The notes under the pieces were generated by a model. It was given only the letters and a program-made list of their open reading frames with translations, made no database searches and had not been told where the DNA came from. This document shows positions 62,111 to 64,000 of a DNA stretch of 64,000 nucleotides, piece after piece; the stretch's first letter is position 1, and every line of letters starts with the position of its first letter. The DNA is from the human T2T-CHM13v2.0 reference genome, Homo sapiens, in NCBI RefSeq assembly GCF_009914755.1, contig NC_060928.1. One strand, 5' to 3'. The translations under genes and the position numbers were made by a program.

Positions 62111-62398
62111 TATATAGATATATCTTTATATAATATAGATATATAGTTCTATATATATGGGAGTTTATTAAGTAGTATTAACTTACACGATCACAAGGTC
62201 CCACAATAGGCCATCTGCAAGCTGAGGAGCCAAAAAGCTCCTCGGATGGTGCCCACCCAGATTAAGGTTGAGTCTGGCTTTCCAAGCCCCCTGACTCAAA
62301 TGTTAATCTCCTTTGGCAACACACTCACAGACACACCCAGGATCAATACTTTGCATCCTTCAATCCAATCAAGTTGTCACTCAGTATTAACTATCACA
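62111..62398 (-). mobile_element. MLT2A LTR (HERV-L 3' LTR), internally deleted and end-truncated
   Basis: gggagtttattaagt...cacaaggtcccacaatagg...caatccaatcaagttgtcactcagtattaactatcaca; followed by the antisense PPT aatccacccctt. Confidence 0.9.
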
Positions 62399-62899
62399 AA
62401 TCCACCCCTTATCAATTTGAACCCATACACATCTCCTGAGATCATACATAATCTTCAAATAAAGACAATAATATGGTCATAATTATGCCTAACATAATAC
62501 AACTATCATTCACACAACTGGAATGCACCAATCCCCAATCAAATTGCTAGTATATAAAGTTAACAATACTTAAATGCTGATATGAAGTCAATAAATCTTA
62601 TGTCACATGATAAAGGAAAAGGGAAATAAAATGAAGATTTTCCTTAGCACAAGTGTACACATGGACAAATGTGTTTTTAACAACAGAAGGAAATACTCAT
62701 GACAATTACAGTCCTTGTTTCTGCAACTGGTCATGTGGTAGTAGCTGGTATTAATGACTACCTTCTTCCACTACCCATTCTGTATTCCCTTTGACTTCAG
62801 CAAGCACCTCAGCAGGTCATTTTTTTTTTTCCTGGTGGAATGACCCAAACCTTTATTCCTGAAGGGTCTGGGTCATTTGTAGTTCTGCCTGGGTTGGGC

Positions 62900-63260
62900 T
62901 GTTTTAGCGTCCCATTGACCTTAATCACTGGGCATGTTAATACTAAGAGATGCCCTAATGGATCTCCTGTATTCAATGCATACTATTCCTTACCTCTGTG
63001 GTGGAGTAGTAAACTGATTTCGTCCTGATAGTCTGGGTCAATCACCCCAGTCAACACTGTAACTCCCCTCTTAGCATGTTGACTTAAAAGTAGGAGTAGC
63101 CCAAAGTGTCCAGGTGGCAATCTTAACTTGCAGTTTAATGCAATTGTTGTGTCTCCTGGCAGCAGCGTTCCTCCCTCTGGAACTAAGACCTCTAGGCCAG
63201 GAGAACATAATGTCACGGAAACAGGAAGCAAAAATTTTGCTAGTGGATCACTAGGGGTGA
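62900..63260 (-). pseudogene. HERV-L dUTPase remnant
   Basis: PEGGTLLPGDTT...LRLPPGHFGLL...GVTVLTGVIDPDYQDEISLLLH carries dUTPase motif III (GVIDxDY); stop at 62983. Confidence 0.85.
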
Positions 63261-64000
63261 TGGTGAGTGGTGCCACTTCCACTTCCACCCCTTGATTCCT
63301 GGACCCATGAATCCTGGGTATGGGAAAAACAGTACCACATGGTGGACGCTGATTCAGAGCATACACAGCCTTCTGGAGAACTCTGCCTCAGCCCTGCAAG
63401 GTATTGTCACCTGGTTGGCATTGTAATTGTGACTTCAAAGGGCCATTCCACCGTTCTATCAATACAGCTGCTTCAGGATGATGGGAAACATAGTAAGACC
63501 AGTGAATTCCACGAGCATGAGTCCACGCCATACTTCTTTATCCATAAAGTGAGTGCCTTGGTCAGATCCAATGCTGTGTGGAATAACATGATGGTGGATA
63601 AGTCATTTCGTGAGTCCATGATGGTAGTCTTGGCAGAAGCATTGTGTGCAGGAGAGGAAAATGCATATCCAGAGTAAGTGTTTATTCCAGTGAGGATAAA
63701 CCTCTGCCCTTTCCATGATAAAATAGGTCCCATATAATCAACCTGCCACCAGGTAGCTGGCTCAACACCCTGAGGAATACTGCCGTATCAAGGGCTCAAT
63801 GTTGGTCTCTGCTGTTGGCAAACTGGGTACTCAGCAGTGGCCATAGCCAGGTCAGCCTTGGTGAGTGGAAGTCCATGTTGCTGAGCCCGTGCATAACCTC
63901 CATCCCTGCCACCATGGCCACTTGTTTACGGGCCCATTGGGTGATGACAGGGTGGCTAGAGAAAGAGGCTGAGTGGTGTCCACAGAATGGGTCATCCTAT
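63261..64000 (-). pseudogene. HERV-L pol integrase remnant
   Basis: degenerate zinc-finger region (SGHGGRDGGYARAQQHG...PVCQQQRP) and core (GPILSWKGQRFILTGINTYSGYAF, YALNQRP); frameshifted. Confidence 0.85.

Larger units (their letters stand above)
62399..64000 (-). mobile_element. HERV-L internal region (3' part), continues beyond the window
   Basis: adjacent to the MLT2A LTR and PPT; encodes integrase and dUTPase remnants; no env. Confidence 0.92.

Noticed and set aside
62983-63366. 127-aa dUTPase-like ORF as a functional gene
   Set aside because: Part of a decayed HERV-L: truncated by a stop, with the upstream integrase frameshifted.

Overview
AT-rich, gene-poor primate genomic DNA. It is hominoid (AluY and an L1PA2-like element are present), probably intergenic or deep intronic. 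No host protein-coding exon, RNA gene or CpG island can be supported, and every recognisable ORF is transposon-derived. Main content: a full-length but dead L1PA4-like LINE (23321-29255) abutting an AluS; a 5'-inverted (twin-primed) L1PA2-like insertion (38885-40630); two full-length THE1 MaLR proviruses, each nested in an older LTR; solo MST/THE1/MLT LTRs; a Tigger4 (Zombi) transposase remnant; an old L1M 5' half; a HERV-L 3' portion (integrase, dUTPase, MLT2A LTR); several Alus; and L2, MIR and MER5 relics. I found no convincing new biological system. The best unexplained signals are DNA-copying scars: a ~73-bp copy of apparently unique sequence from 21.6 kb re-inserted at 43.4 kb between perfect 12-bp direct repeats with no poly(A); a 94-bp L1 5'UTR segment copied 1.4 kb downstream in the same L1; and templated filler at a ~270-bp deletion that removes the RT catalytic motif of the full-length L1. 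Subfamily calls come from recalled diagnostic motifs and need RepeatMasker/Dfam confirmation.
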